Source of the DNA: a virus
Lineage: Duplodnaviria; Caudoviricetes
IMG/VR virus record: IMGVR_UViG_3300031555_004710
Span: 1 to 64,000 of that record
Reading direction: 5' to 3' (one strand)
DNA length: 64,000 bases
Shown here: in pieces, positions 41,615 through 52,359 of the stretch
Layout: the number at the start of each line of letters is the position of its first letter
How positions within the stretch are numbered: the first letter of the stretch is position 1
The notes under the pieces: generated by a model
Told to the model about the DNA's origin: nothing
Databases searched by the model: none
What the model saw: only the letters and a program-made list of their open reading frames with translations
Program-made: the position numbers and the translations under genes

Positions 41615-44600
41615 ATGGCTAGTTATGTTGAAGCTCCTCAGGCTATTGCTAAGCTTGACTGGAGTATGAGTTTCCAAAGAACTGGTAAATTCCCTATTGA
41701 CCGTTCTAGTATGTTTGAATCATACGCTGATGCAGTAAAATATGCTGCAGGCGATGCCACAAAACCTGATAAACGTGGTCTTTGTGGTACATCTTATGTT
41801 GGACAGGTTATTACTGTATTTGAAAATGATGTTGTAACCGTATATAAAATTGAACCTGATAGAACTCTTGCAGAAGTAGGTAGAGCTACAGCTGGTGATG
41901 GTAAATCCATATCATTATCTGAAGATGGAGTTTTAAGTATTAAAGGTTTTGAAAATGCTACTGCAGGTCAACAGCCTCGTATAGTGAATAAAGGTACTGC
42001 AGAAAAACCAGATTTACAGATTGAATGGTATACACCTGATACATCTACTGTTACAGGTCTTGCTGAAACAGTTGGTGCATTAACTGAAACTGTTAATGGT
42101 GTAACAGATAAAGAATCTGGAGAAGTAACTAAAGAAGGTCTTGTTCATAAAGTTAATGCTTTGGAAGCTAATAAAGCTAACAAAACTGATGTTTATACAA
42201 AGGGCGAGATCGATGGTAAATTAACAGGTGCTTTACATTATAAAGGTACTAAAGCTACATTCCAGACTTTATTAGATGAAATTGCTGCTGAAGGTAGCAC
42301 ATATGTACCTGCAGTTGGTGATGTATGGAATATCACATCAGTTGGTACTGGTGAGAATGACACTAACGTAGACGCTAGCGGTGTTTCAATCGAAGCTGGC
42401 GATAATGTTATATATAATGGTACTGGATGGGATGTATCATCTAGTGCTGTAGATCTTAGTGGATACTACAATAAAACTGAAATAACCGATCTTTTAGATG
42501 GTAATGAAGAAAAGGGTATCGCTGGTAAGGTTGATAAAGTTGAAGGTTCTAGTCTAATGACTACCGAGCAAGCTGAAAGACTTGCCGAAGTTACTAAGAC
42601 TGAAGCTTCTGAAATAAATGGTAATATTAAAATAGATGATCAAGAAACTACAGTTTATACACTTCCTACAGCATCTGGTGGTGTAAAAGGTGGTATTAAA
42701 ACTTCCACTGCTAATAATGGTATCTCAGTTGATGCTGATGGTGTTGCATCTGTAAATAAAGTTGATGCTTCAAAAATTGATGGAATTGTAGCGGAAGCTT
42801 CTAAAGTAACCAATAGTATTACTATCGGTGCTAAAACTTTCGATGGTTCTGCAGCTATTGAAATCAAAGCAGAAGATCTTCCTATTCCAGAGGATATTGT
42901 TAGAGATACAGATATAGCTACAGGTGATGCTTTAGGACTTGTAAAATCTTCTGAAGCTCAGGATAAAGTACTTGTAGAAGCTGATGGCACTATGACAGTT
43001 AATGATATTAGTGCTTCTAAAGTTACAGGAGTAGTTTCTGAAGCTGCTAAAGTAACTAACAAATTAACCGCTGGTCAGAAGACTTTTGATGGTTCTGCAG
43101 CTGTTGAAATCAAAGCAGAAGATCTTGGTGCTGCTAAAACTACAGATCTTGACAATTATGTTAAGAAGACAGACATTGCTACTGCTGCCGCTGCAGGTAT
43201 TGTAAAGAGCTCTACTGCAAAAGATAATATCGCAGTTGACGCTGACGGTGTAATGTCTATTAATACAATCTCTGGCTCTAAAGTAGATGGAGCTGTTGCA
43301 ACTGCTACAAATGCTGAAAAGCTTGGTGGAGTTGCTAGTGCAGATATTCTTGACGGAACTTCTGGTAAAGTTAAGAGTGCTGCAGCCGCTGATAAACTTG
43401 CTACAGCTAAGAACATTAATATCACTGGTGATGCTACAGGTACCGCATCATTTGATGGTTCTGCTGAAGCTAATATAAATGTAACTCTTAAAGAAGTTGG
43501 TACTGCTGGTACTTATACTAAAGTAACAACTGATGCTAATGGTAGAGTTACAGCTGGTGCAGATCTTGCTGCAACAGATATCCCTGATCTTACATTAGCT
43601 AAGATTACAGATGCTGGTGCACTCGCTGGTAAAGATGAAGTTGCAAAAACAGATCTTGCTGATGCTCTTGTAACTGAACTTAATGAACTTGGGACAAATT
43701 CGCATACACACGATAATAAAACAGTTCTAGATGGTATTTCATCTGCTAAAGTTACTAGCTGGGATGATGCTGCTAGTAAAATAGATAGTAAAGCTAATGC
43801 AGCAACTACTATTGCTGGATATGGAATCACAGATGCTTATACAAAAGCAGAAGTTGATGGTAAAGTTTCTGGCGCATATCATTTCATGGGTAGTTACGAA
43901 ACATTTGCTGCTCTTGAAGCTGCTGTAACTAATAAAGAGATAACTCCTCTTGCTGGTCACGTATATAATATTATAACCGCTGGTGGAACAGATAAAAATG
44001 GTAATGTAATTCATGCAGGTGATAATGTTGCGTATGTTGTAGAAACTGGAGAAGGAAAAACAAGTGGCTGGGATGTTCTTGGCGGAACTATGGATCTTTC
44101 TGCATATGCTACAACTGCAAAGGTTAATGATGAATTAAATAAAAAAGCTGATAAAACTACTGTAGAAGGAATAAGTGGTAAAGTTGATGCACTTGAATCT
44201 ACAGTTGGTGATGATAATAATGGATTAGTAAAAACCGTAGCTGATCATACAACAAGATTAGATGCAGACGAAAAAGATATTGCTGCTCTTAAAACTACAG
44301 TTGGTGACAAAGATTCCGGCTTAGTTCAAAAAGCTGCTGCTAATACAGCTGCAATCGAAACTCTTAATGGTGAAGCTACTAAAGAAGGTTCTGTAAAGAA
44401 CTTAATCGCTGCTTCTGCATCTGATATAAATGCAACTATTGAAGGTATTACTAAAGATGGTGGAACTATTGATACAAAAGTTTCTACTGCAATTAATACC
44501 CACAATACAGCTGAAGATGCACATAGCGATCTCTTCGCCGCTAAACAGAATAAAGCAATTCAAGCTTCTATCACATTCGAAGTTGCTGACTTCGTTGAAA

Positions 44601-44818
44601 GTGATAATGGTTATAAAGCAAGTAAAGCAGTTACTGGCTTAGATGTGGCTAAGGATTATGCTCCTGCTGTTAGTCCTACTTTAGCTTCATGTGCAACTGT
44701 TGCAGCTGCACAGTTCTATCCAACAGCAGAAGTTAATGCTGGACAGCTTACTCTGTACTGTGTAAATGCTCCTACTGCAGCGATTGTCGTAAATGGTACT
44801 TTTACTGAAATACAGTAA
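41615..44818 (+). CDS. Long tail fibre protein
   Basis: YKGT..GDVWNI..GDNV..WD duplicated module, GIVKSS/FDGS repeats, GTYTKVTTDANGRV, GYGITDAYTK. Confidence 0.75.
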   Translation: MASYVEAPQAIAKLDWSMSFQRTGKFPIDRSSMFESYADAVKYAAGDATKPDKRGLCGTSYVGQVITVFENDVVTVYKIEPDRTLAEVGRATAGDGKSISLSEDGVLSIKGFENATAGQQPRIVNKGTAEKPDLQIEWYTPDTSTVTGLAETVGALTETVNGVTDKESGEVTKEGLVHKVNALEANKANKTDVYTKGEIDGKLTGALHYKGTKATFQTLLDEIAAEGSTYVPAVGDVWNITSVGTGENDTNVDASGVSIEAGDNVIYNGTGWDVSSSAVDLSGYYNKTEITDLLDGNEEKGIAGKVDKVEGSSLMTTEQAERLAEVTKTEASEINGNIKIDDQETTVYTLPTASGGVKGGIKTSTANNGISVDADGVASVNKVDASKIDGIVAEASKVTNSITIGAKTFDGSAAIEIKAEDLPIPEDIVRDTDIATGDALGLVKSSEAQDKVLVEADGTMTVNDISASKVTGVVSEAAKVTNKLTAGQKTFDGSAAVEIKAEDLGAAKTTDLDNYVKKTDIATAAAAGIVKSSTAKDNIAVDADGVMSINTISGSKVDGAVATATNAEKLGGVASADILDGTSGKVKSAAAADKLATAKNINITGDATGTASFDGSAEANINVTLKEVGTAGTYTKVTTDANGRVTAGADLAATDIPDLTLAKITDAGALAGKDEVAKTDLADALVTELNELGTNSHTHDNKTVLDGISSAKVTSWDDAASKIDSKANAATTIAGYGITDAYTKAEVDGKVSGAYHFMGSYETFAALEAAVTNKEITPLAGHVYNIITAGGTDKNGNVIHAGDNVAYVVETGEGKTSGWDVLGGTMDLSAYATTAKVNDELNKKADKTTVEGISGKVDALESTVGDDNNGLVKTVADHTTRLDADEKDIAALKTTVGDKDSGLVQKAAANTAAIETLNGEATKEGSVKNLIAASASDINATIEGITKDGGTIDTKVSTAINTHNTAEDAHSDLFAAKQNKAIQASITFEVADFVESDNGYKASKAVTGLDVAKDYAPAVSPTLASCATVAAAQFYPTAEVNAGQLTLYCVNAPTAAIVVNGTFTEIQ

Positions 44819-44864
44819 TAGATCATAGAACGATGAAATATATCAGTAAAGGAGTTGTTAGTAC

Positions 44865-45365
44865 ATGGGAAAAGTATCCGGGAGTTTTTCGCTCCCAACA
44901 GCTCAGCGTACAAGTCAACTCATTAATGATACCAGATTTTCATCGATTCGGGAATATGTCCTGAACTCATCTACTCTAGCTGATTCTTCTCAGTTAGATA
45001 TATCTGATCTATTATCTGGTTCAGTTATATATCGTATTGACTTAATCGTTCTGAGTGCTTTTAGTGATGCAAGTGGTAGACAACATGATATCGAAATCAC
45101 TTGCGATAATGGAGGAGTTTTAATGGAAAGTGAATGGAATGACCCTAATAATATAGGTAGCTATTCAACTAATTGCTATGCAAGTATTAGAACTCCAGAA
45201 GATCTTGTACATGTTAACCATACTCTTGGTAATATAATGTCAGGATCTGCAATTCTAAGATTTTATGTATATAATAATATCGATACATATACCAAATTAC
45301 TTACCTCAGATGGTTTATACTATCACACAAAAGATAATATTGGTGTAGATGTAGTTGATAAATAA
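44865..45365 (+). CDS. Small fibre-operon protein
   Basis: N-terminus GSFSLP shared with 40396-41592; RTSQLIND motif. Confidence 0.5.
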   Translation: MGKVSGSFSLPTAQRTSQLINDTRFSSIREYVLNSSTLADSSQLDISDLLSGSVIYRIDLIVLSAFSDASGRQHDIEITCDNGGVLMESEWNDPNNIGSYSTNCYASIRTPEDLVHVNHTLGNIMSGSAILRFYVYNNIDTYTKLLTSDGLYYHTKDNIGVDVVDK

Positions 45366-45369
45366 ATAG

Positions 45370-45406
45370 ATTTAATAACCTTGGGAATTTCCCAAGGTTA
45401 TTAAAT
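45370..45406 (+). terminator. Intrinsic terminator ending the fibre operon
   Basis: atttaataaccttggga-att-tcccaaggttattaaat. Confidence 0.75.
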
Positions 45407-45463
45407 TTAACAATTTTTTAATAGTCTTATATAATAATCAATAATTGTAAAGGATGGAAAAAT

Positions 45464-47746
45464 ATGAGTTATTTATTAAAAAATGAAATGATACCATATT
45501 ATATCGATAATGAGATTTCTCTTAATGATGGATCACTTTCTAAAGTCACCATTGATGGGGTTACTCATTTAGAAATAGCTACTTATCCTGCACAAGGAAA
45601 ATATGATAGTGAAATTATAATAGGTTTTGCACAAAGACCTTTCATTGACTTTGCAATCTCATGTGGACTTGCTGGAGCAATGAGCGAAGGAATGATTGTT
45701 GCAAAGTATGGCGACCAAGTTCCTGTCAAATTAGCATCTGCATTAGCAGCAGATTTTTCTAGAGAATATAATAACTATGTAGTTATTCCCGATGGAATAT
45801 CAGCTGCCATTACTGCAGAGCCTATTATTTCTATTTACGATATAATGAATAAAAATAGAAATGATGGTGGTATAGTATTAAATGATCCAAAAAATAATTT
45901 TGCATATAGTGCATATACTACAGCATCTGGTCAAAGAACAGTAGCTGGACTGTTGGGTTATTATTATTCATCTATAGAATTTGGAAAAGCAATAGGTTCT
46001 AAATTTGAAAATGGGGAATTAATGACACTTTACGGTCCTTGTACTATAACACTTTCAAAAAATCAAGAAAATTTATTTAATAATATTGAGCCTGAAACGT
46101 TTGATGTTTCCTATGCTATTGGAGATGTTATATCAATTGTCAATAACACGAAATATCCAAATTGTGGAGTTATAACAGGTATATCAAATAACAAAATAAC
46201 TGTAGACAATCTTCCGTTTGCTACAATAGTCCCAAATACAGATTTATATGAAGAACTTGATTTAGATGATTATACTATATATGTAATTGAAAAACCTCAG
46301 AGTGGAGAAGTTTCATTAGGTTATGGGGCACATTCTGAAGGCGAAGGTACTCATGCTTTAGAAAGAGCTTCACATTCAGAAGGTAGAGATACACTTGCCT
46401 ATGGTCGCTATAGTCATGCAGAAGGTAGAGAAACAAAGGCGTTTCATGCATCTCACTCTGAAGGACAAGGTACAACAGCATCAGGTCAAAACTCACACTC
46501 TGAAGGTAGAGATACAGTAGCTTCTGGAAAACATTCTCATTCAGAAGGTTATGCTACTATTTCTTCTAATTATGCTACTCATGCAGAAGGTAGTGAAACT
46601 GAGGCAGTAGGTGCTTATTCACACTCTGAAGGTTATCAGACTCACTCAACAAATAATTCAAGTCATGCAGAGGGTAGAAGTACTGAAGCGATTGGGTTCG
46701 CTTCTCACTCTGAAGGGCAAAATACGAAAGCAGAAGGTAATAGCTCTCATGCAGAAGGCAATGGAACGAAATCAATAGGACAGAGTTCGCATGCAGAAGG
46801 CAATGGCACAGAAGCAGCTGGTGATTATTCTCATTCTGAAGGGTATCAAACAACTGCATCTGGTAATTATTCGCATGCGGAAGGTACTGGTACAGAATCT
46901 TATGGTTCAGAATCTCATGCAGAAGGCCGCGGTTCTAGATCGATAGGACAGAGTTCGCATGCAGAAGGAAATGGAACGAAAGCAGCAGGTAATAGCTCTC
47001 ATGCAGAAGGCAATGGCACAGAAGCAGCTGGTGATCATTCTCATTCTGAAGGGTATCAAACAACTGCATCTGGTAATCATTCTCATTCTGAAGGGTATAA
47101 AAATGTTTCTTCTAATTACGCATCTCACTCCGAAGGTTCTAATACAACTGCATCTGGAGCGTATTCGCATGCGGAAGGAACACTTACAGAAGCATCTGGA
47201 TCAGAATCTCATGCAGAAGGCCGTGGTTCTAAATCAATAGGACAGAGTTCTCACTCTGAAGGATATCAAACAACTGCATCTGGTAAATATAGTCATTCGG
47301 AAGGGGCAAATACAACCTCTTCTAATTTTGGATCTCACTCCGAAGGTTCTGGTACAACTGCATCTGGTAATTATTCGCATGCGGAAGGAACACTTACAGA
47401 AGCATCCGGATCAGAATCTCATGCAGAAGGCCGTGGCTCTAAATCAATAGGACAGAGTTCTCATGCAGAAGGTACTAGTACAATAGCATCAGGTAAAAAT
47501 CAACATGCTCAAGGTAAATTTAACATTGAAGATACCGAACATAAATATGCGCATATAGTTGGTAACGGTAAATCGGATACTGAACGCTCAAATGCACATA
47601 CTGTAGACTGGAACGGTAATGCATGGTATGCTGGACACGTCGAAGCCGATTTCATAATACTGAAATCTTCTACAGAAGGAAGTAATAAACGTTTTAAAAT
47701 AACAGTCGATGATGGCGGAACTATTTCTGCTACAGAAATTAATTAA
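45464..47746 (+). CDS. Tail fibre/adhesin with YadA-head-like 14-aa SH[A/S]EG repeats
   Basis: 28 [S/A/T]H[A/S]EG repeats plus one degenerate copy; IVGNG..RSNAHTVDW. Confidence 0.75.
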   Translation: MSYLLKNEMIPYYIDNEISLNDGSLSKVTIDGVTHLEIATYPAQGKYDSEIIIGFAQRPFIDFAISCGLAGAMSEGMIVAKYGDQVPVKLASALAADFSREYNNYVVIPDGISAAITAEPIISIYDIMNKNRNDGGIVLNDPKNNFAYSAYTTASGQRTVAGLLGYYYSSIEFGKAIGSKFENGELMTLYGPCTITLSKNQENLFNNIEPETFDVSYAIGDVISIVNNTKYPNCGVITGISNNKITVDNLPFATIVPNTDLYEELDLDDYTIYVIEKPQSGEVSLGYGAHSEGEGTHALERASHSEGRDTLAYGRYSHAEGRETKAFHASHSEGQGTTASGQNSHSEGRDTVASGKHSHSEGYATISSNYATHAEGSETEAVGAYSHSEGYQTHSTNNSSHAEGRSTEAIGFASHSEGQNTKAEGNSSHAEGNGTKSIGQSSHAEGNGTEAAGDYSHSEGYQTTASGNYSHAEGTGTESYGSESHAEGRGSRSIGQSSHAEGNGTKAAGNSSHAEGNGTEAAGDHSHSEGYQTTASGNHSHSEGYKNVSSNYASHSEGSNTTASGAYSHAEGTLTEASGSESHAEGRGSKSIGQSSHSEGYQTTASGKYSHSEGANTTSSNFGSHSEGSGTTASGNYSHAEGTLTEASGSESHAEGRGSKSIGQSSHAEGTSTIASGKNQHAQGKFNIEDTEHKYAHIVGNGKSDTERSNAHTVDWNGNAWYAGHVEADFIILKSSTEGSNKRFKITVDDGGTISATEIN
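46327..47516 (+). repeat. 42-bp-period coding tandem repeat array
   Basis: Near-identical ~92-nt blocks starting at 47162 and 47372 (2 mismatches). Confidence 0.85.
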
Positions 47747-47849
47747 AGTATTTTAAAGATAGAGAGTTATTATACTCTCTATCTTTTATATATTAAATTT
47801 AACATTTCTTTAATAAGTTATCTTTAATCTTAATAAGGAGGAATTTAGT

Positions 47850-49166
47850 ATGTCAGAAATAATAAATGTTGCCGGTATACATAATGAGGGAAAAGCTGAA
47901 CTCTTCGTTGGTATTAGAAAAAATATGTTTGTAATAAAACGAGAAAATAATACCGATACCGTATATGTAGAAGATCCTATCACTGGCAAAATATTAACAA
48001 TAAATGGTAAAGATATGTATACAAAAGACGAGATAGACTTAATGATATCAAAAATAGATCCGAATGGCACTAGTTTAATTTATTCAAATGTACCATATAG
48101 TACGATATCTGGAATTGATGAAAAAAGATATATAATTAAAGCATTTCATCCTATTTCATATAATGATGGTAAGATATATTTAGATAGTGTGACTGACATA
48201 TGTAAAGGTCAAAATATAAATATATTTACAATAGCGGATGATGGTTCATATGAAAAATATCGAGGTAGTATCGATGATGTTGGTGACTCATATATAGTAA
48301 CAAATTCATCCCAAATTAATAGTCTGATGAGTACTTTACAATTTCCTATCACAAATATATCATTGGAAAATAATATTATAATAAATGGTGGAACCATAGG
48401 TAGTTTCGAAATACAGTTCGAAAATAACGCCCCGTTTTTTGTAAATATTACTGGAATAAATAATGAAGCTGGATTGAATGCGTCTGCAAATGGTATAGGA
48501 ACGAAAGCCCTAGGGTATTGCTCATCTACAGATGGATATCATACCACTGCACAACATGAAAGAGATAGAGCAATCGGCTATAAAACAAAAGCTGCTGCTA
48601 ATGAAGGATTGGCTACAGGATGTGCAACCGAAGCATATGGATATGCATCAGCTACCTTTAATAGTCATACAAAAACTTTAAAGGATAATACAGTTGCAAT
48701 GGGATATCATACAACTGCAGATTGCAGAGAGCAATTATCAATCGGAAGATATAATAAACCAGAAACCGATAAATTATTTGTAATTGGTATTGGTACAAGT
48801 GATACTAATAGAAAGAATGCACTGACAGTTAAAGAAAATGGTGAACTTTGGGTAAGTAAAGGCATCTCTATTGGTTCCGGAAATTACTCTCCAACTATCG
48901 ACTATGGAAAGCGTAATCCAGTATGGTTAAAGTATGTAAGCATGATTGGAGCTGGGTTTGTAACAATAACTGATTATGCGTCCGATACTATTACTGGGTT
49001 AAATAAATTTACCGAGCAATTAGATGAAATGCCAGTTTGTTCTATCAAAGTAAACGTAAAATCTAATGCAGCTGTTACACAAATATTAGATAATGGTATA
49101 ATTAGATTAAAACGAGTTGGATGGGGAAATAATGATTCTAATTGGGGGCAGTGGGAAGAAATATAA
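47850..49166 (+). CDS. Tail fibre/adhesin with degenerate YadA-like repeats
   Basis: G..TKA/G.HTTA repeats, LFVIGIG..RKNALTV, C-terminal WGQWEEI. Confidence 0.6.
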   Translation: MSEIINVAGIHNEGKAELFVGIRKNMFVIKRENNTDTVYVEDPITGKILTINGKDMYTKDEIDLMISKIDPNGTSLIYSNVPYSTISGIDEKRYIIKAFHPISYNDGKIYLDSVTDICKGQNINIFTIADDGSYEKYRGSIDDVGDSYIVTNSSQINSLMSTLQFPITNISLENNIIINGGTIGSFEIQFENNAPFFVNITGINNEAGLNASANGIGTKALGYCSSTDGYHTTAQHERDRAIGYKTKAAANEGLATGCATEAYGYASATFNSHTKTLKDNTVAMGYHTTADCREQLSIGRYNKPETDKLFVIGIGTSDTNRKNALTVKENGELWVSKGISIGSGNYSPTIDYGKRNPVWLKYVSMIGAGFVTITDYASDTITGLNKFTEQLDEMPVCSIKVNVKSNAAVTQILDNGIIRLKRVGWGNNDSNWGQWEEI

Positions 49167-49176
49167 TAAATATAAA

Positions 49177-49206
49177 AAAGAGAAGACGGATAATCGTCTT
49201 CTCTTT
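49177..49206. terminator. Bidirectional terminator between convergent genes
   Basis: aaagagaagacg-gataat-cgtcttctcttt with A/T tails. Confidence 0.8.
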
Positions 49207-49210
49207 ATTT

Positions 49211-51889
49211 TTATTCAGAATCAAGTTCTTCATCATATAAATCATCTATATCGCTATCTTCGATTTCATCCTCTTCTTTTTGCTGTAATAAAAGAAGCTC
49301 TTGCTGTCGTAGAAGTTCCTCTTTCTCAGCTTTTGATTTACGTCCTCTCTTCTTAGGTGCGGTATTTGAGGAGTCTGAAGAAGTTATAGTTCGTGTAGAA
49401 GGAGTTTTAAGTTTATCTATGATGGATGATACATGTCCTTTAGTTGTTGCTTTTAACTGCTCTTTCAATTCATCAGTAAGTTCATATTGTTTATTTAACT
49501 CGGAATCATTGAAAATTTCATCCCAGCACATATCACATTTTTCGCCACGATATGATTCAATTGTAATAAAAGAATTCATCTTCTTATTAAATAAATCAAA
49601 TAACTCTTGATACATTTTTCTATTTCTAGGATAGTCATAAATAACATATTCTCCAAAATGTAGTGCACAGACTTTTGTGTCATCATGAATTTCAACTCTT
49701 CCTTCTGGAATAGGAGAGAAATACAAACGTAATCCCATAGTCTTTAACTTGGCTGCAAGAATATCAGCATTTGCATTTGTGTAAGTATCTTTTACTTTAA
49801 GTTTTTGAATCTTTAAAGGATTTCCATCGGCAGAAATAATTCTATCCAATGATTTTCTTCCTAAAGCAGAAGAACGCATAAATATGTTATATTCAGCTAA
49901 ATCCGAACCATTTATAGATGCCATTAAATTATAGATTTCAGAAAGTCTTACAGGAGTTCTAGCATAAGAACTTCTATTAGTTTTCTTCGCAATATCTTTT
50001 GCAGGAAGATTACTTCTATTTACTCTGAATGTACTTCTTGCAGAAAAGTTCTTATTTGAATTCTGTTTAAGAATTAAGATATACTGATAACCTATAACAC
50101 CTTGTCTCATAGTTTTTCTCTGTTGCATTCCGAATAAATCAACATATATATCTACAGGTTTTATATCTGGAAATGCATCATATAATCTAACTACATCATC
50201 AAATAATAACGGTTTATGAGGTGCTCTTACAATATAAAAACCATTTTCTTCAATATCTCTAATGAATGCTTCTTTATATTTTGGAGCCATGAATCTTATA
50301 GTTACACCATTAACCATCTTAGTTTCTTCATAACTATTGTAAAGAGTTTTAAAGAATGATGATTGGTCAGCATTTACACAATCTAAGAACTTAAATAGAA
50401 TTTCTTCTTTCTGTTTAAGAGTTTTAGCATTCTTAATCTTATGCTGAACCTGTTCAGCAATAAAATTTGTTTCAACTTCTACTAACTGTCCTGGATTAAG
50501 ACGACGAATTGCTCCACTAGAATTGGATAATACATCTGCATATACTCTTTTTCCATCTTGAATATAGTATGGCATACGTTCATCATCAACTATTGATATT
50601 TTAGATTTAAGAATTCTTCTATCATCTTCAGATAAAGTTCCATCATCTACCAAATCAATAATAGAATCTTCCAGAGAATTTGTATTATCTTCCATTAGTC
50701 TAGATATAACACCTTTATTACCATAACGTCCAGTTATCTTAGAACCTAATTCCAAACCAACGATAGATTTTACCTTAAATTCAAGTACAATATGTGCAAA
50801 TGCTTTATCTTTATTTTTCCATTTATACTCATTATCATTGTATCTTAAATATCTTGATCTAAGATAGCTAACATTGTTAGTATAATTACTTCCAGAGTTT
50901 TTAATGATATTACATGCTTCTAAAATTTCCCTTGCATATCTACAATTATCATCATAATATCTTTTAAGCTGACGATTAAATAAATTGCTTGGAAATTCTT
51001 CATCTCCATTATAATAAACATTTATGTCATAGACTATAGAATCTTTGGATGTGTAATAATCGGTATCAGTATCCATAAGTTCTCTCATATGTTCTTTCTG
51101 AAAATCATATAATAAATGTGCTTTATTAATTCTTCTAGTTGCACATATAAGTGAATCTTTTACTGGTTGCCCTATTTCGGGAAAAGGAATATAATTTTCA
51201 TTATCACCATAAAGATTTAATAAAACATCATTATCATTTACTGGTACTTGAACTTTATCTACTTCGACAGATTTTACATCATCTGCCCAACCTTTTCTTA
51301 TAACGATAGCATCTTCTATCGTATCAGTAGATGTTGAGTAAAATACTCTGGCATTCTTTCCATATCTATAATTCATATGGTCATCATATGCTGTAGATTT
51401 ATAAAGAATTTTATCGGTTATTTTATCACCAACTTCTAACGTATCCATATAAGAAGTATTATAAACATAACCAAATTTTTCGGTAAGATTTTCAGCAATT
51501 GGTTTTTCGATTATATCATAAGTATCAGTTTTCTTATTATATAATACTAAAGTATAAATCTGATGTTTTATTGTATTTGGGTCACTTAACATTTCATCAG
51601 TGAAACTAAATTTTGGAATGATTTGTTTAACTTCCCAAGTACCCTCAAGTTTCTTGAATGAGCGATTGTATTTACCAACAGAATTTTCAAACCCTGTTTG
51701 TAGATGTGGTACATCTGGAGATAATAAGGTCAATGATTGTTTTATATGCTGATTCCACATATATGCTCTACTAGAGTCGATAGTTGACCATGTTAATGAT
51801 GATGGTCCGAATAAACGAAACATCTCATCTCCACCATATTTATTATCTAATTCTTCTAATGTGTTCTTTAAATGTATATCAACAGGCAT
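49211..51889 (-). CDS. RNA polymerase beta subunit C-terminal half (probably non-virion RNAP)
   Basis: R..M..QH..Q, EDAIV, GSKITGRYGNKGVIS, RRLNPGQL.E, FSARS; lies in the early operon after UvsX. Confidence 0.85.
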   Translation of the reverse strand: MPVDIHLKNTLEELDNKYGGDEMFRLFGPSSLTWSTIDSSRAYMWNQHIKQSLTLLSPDVPHLQTGFENSVGKYNRSFKKLEGTWEVKQIIPKFSFTDEMLSDPNTIKHQIYTLVLYNKKTDTYDIIEKPIAENLTEKFGYVYNTSYMDTLEVGDKITDKILYKSTAYDDHMNYRYGKNARVFYSTSTDTIEDAIVIRKGWADDVKSVEVDKVQVPVNDNDVLLNLYGDNENYIPFPEIGQPVKDSLICATRRINKAHLLYDFQKEHMRELMDTDTDYYTSKDSIVYDINVYYNGDEEFPSNLFNRQLKRYYDDNCRYAREILEACNIIKNSGSNYTNNVSYLRSRYLRYNDNEYKWKNKDKAFAHIVLEFKVKSIVGLELGSKITGRYGNKGVISRLMEDNTNSLEDSIIDLVDDGTLSEDDRRILKSKISIVDDERMPYYIQDGKRVYADVLSNSSGAIRRLNPGQLVEVETNFIAEQVQHKIKNAKTLKQKEEILFKFLDCVNADQSSFFKTLYNSYEETKMVNGVTIRFMAPKYKEAFIRDIEENGFYIVRAPHKPLLFDDVVRLYDAFPDIKPVDIYVDLFGMQQRKTMRQGVIGYQYILILKQNSNKNFSARSTFRVNRSNLPAKDIAKKTNRSSYARTPVRLSEIYNLMASINGSDLAEYNIFMRSSALGRKSLDRIISADGNPLKIQKLKVKDTYTNANADILAAKLKTMGLRLYFSPIPEGRVEIHDDTKVCALHFGEYVIYDYPRNRKMYQELFDLFNKKMNSFITIESYRGEKCDMCWDEIFNDSELNKQYELTDELKEQLKATTKGHVSSIIDKLKTPSTRTITSSDSSNTAPKKRGRKSKAEKEELLRQQELLLLQQKEEDEIEDSDIDDLYDEELDSE

Positions 51890-51907
51890 GTGTATTCTCC
51901 TCCTTTA

Positions 51908-52099
51908 TTATGAATTAATAATACCGAAAAATATTCCGATAAGTATACTAAGTATTATTGAACCCCAAACATGGATTTTACTATATAACAATAATAAATA
52001 TATTAGTATTGTAGATAGAGCTTCAATTATCATAAATGAAATAATTGCTGATATTACAAAAGCTAATATACTACGCAATATTCGAGTTAATCTTTTCAT
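51908..52099 (-). CDS. Small two-TM membrane protein
   Basis: MKRLTRILRS.., AGGAG RBS, two hydrophobic helices. Confidence 0.6.
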   Translation of the reverse strand: MKRLTRILRSILAFVISAIISFMIIEALSTILIYLLLLYSKIHVWGSIILSILIGIFFGIINS

Positions 52100-52112
52100 A
52101 TTATACTCTCCT

Positions 52113-52286
52113 CTACTTACTAGCAATAAAAATACTAACTGCTGTTAATATTCCTAAGAATCCAATTAACGGCAGTTTTATTTTATTAATAAGCGGTAGC
52201 ATAAGCATTCCAATATAATAAGAAATCCAATATATTGCTACACACATTATAATTAATAATATAAGCTTTATTATGGGTTTTATCAT
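52113..52286 (-). CDS. Small two-TM membrane protein (57 aa, not in the ORF track)
   Basis: GGAGG RBS; MIKPIIKLILLIIMCVAIYWISYIIGMLMLPLINKIKLPLIGFLGILTAVSIFIASK. Confidence 0.6.
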   Translation of the reverse strand: MIKPIIKLILLIIMCVAIYWISYYIGMLMLPLINKIKLPLIGFLGILTAVSIFIASK

Positions 52287-52359
52287 TATTAAAATCCTCC
52301 ATTAAATATTAATTATATCTATCGAAGTGATTTAAATCACTTCGATAGATATAATATTT

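Noticed and set aside
46327-47516. CRISPR array or DGR template/variable repeat
   Set aside because: In-frame coding repeats without unique spacers; differences are not adenine-specific; no reverse transcriptase or cas gene in the window.
51908-52286. Small TM proteins as holins
   Set aside because: They sit in the early uvsX-RNAP operon far from the endolysin, so their timing does not fit.
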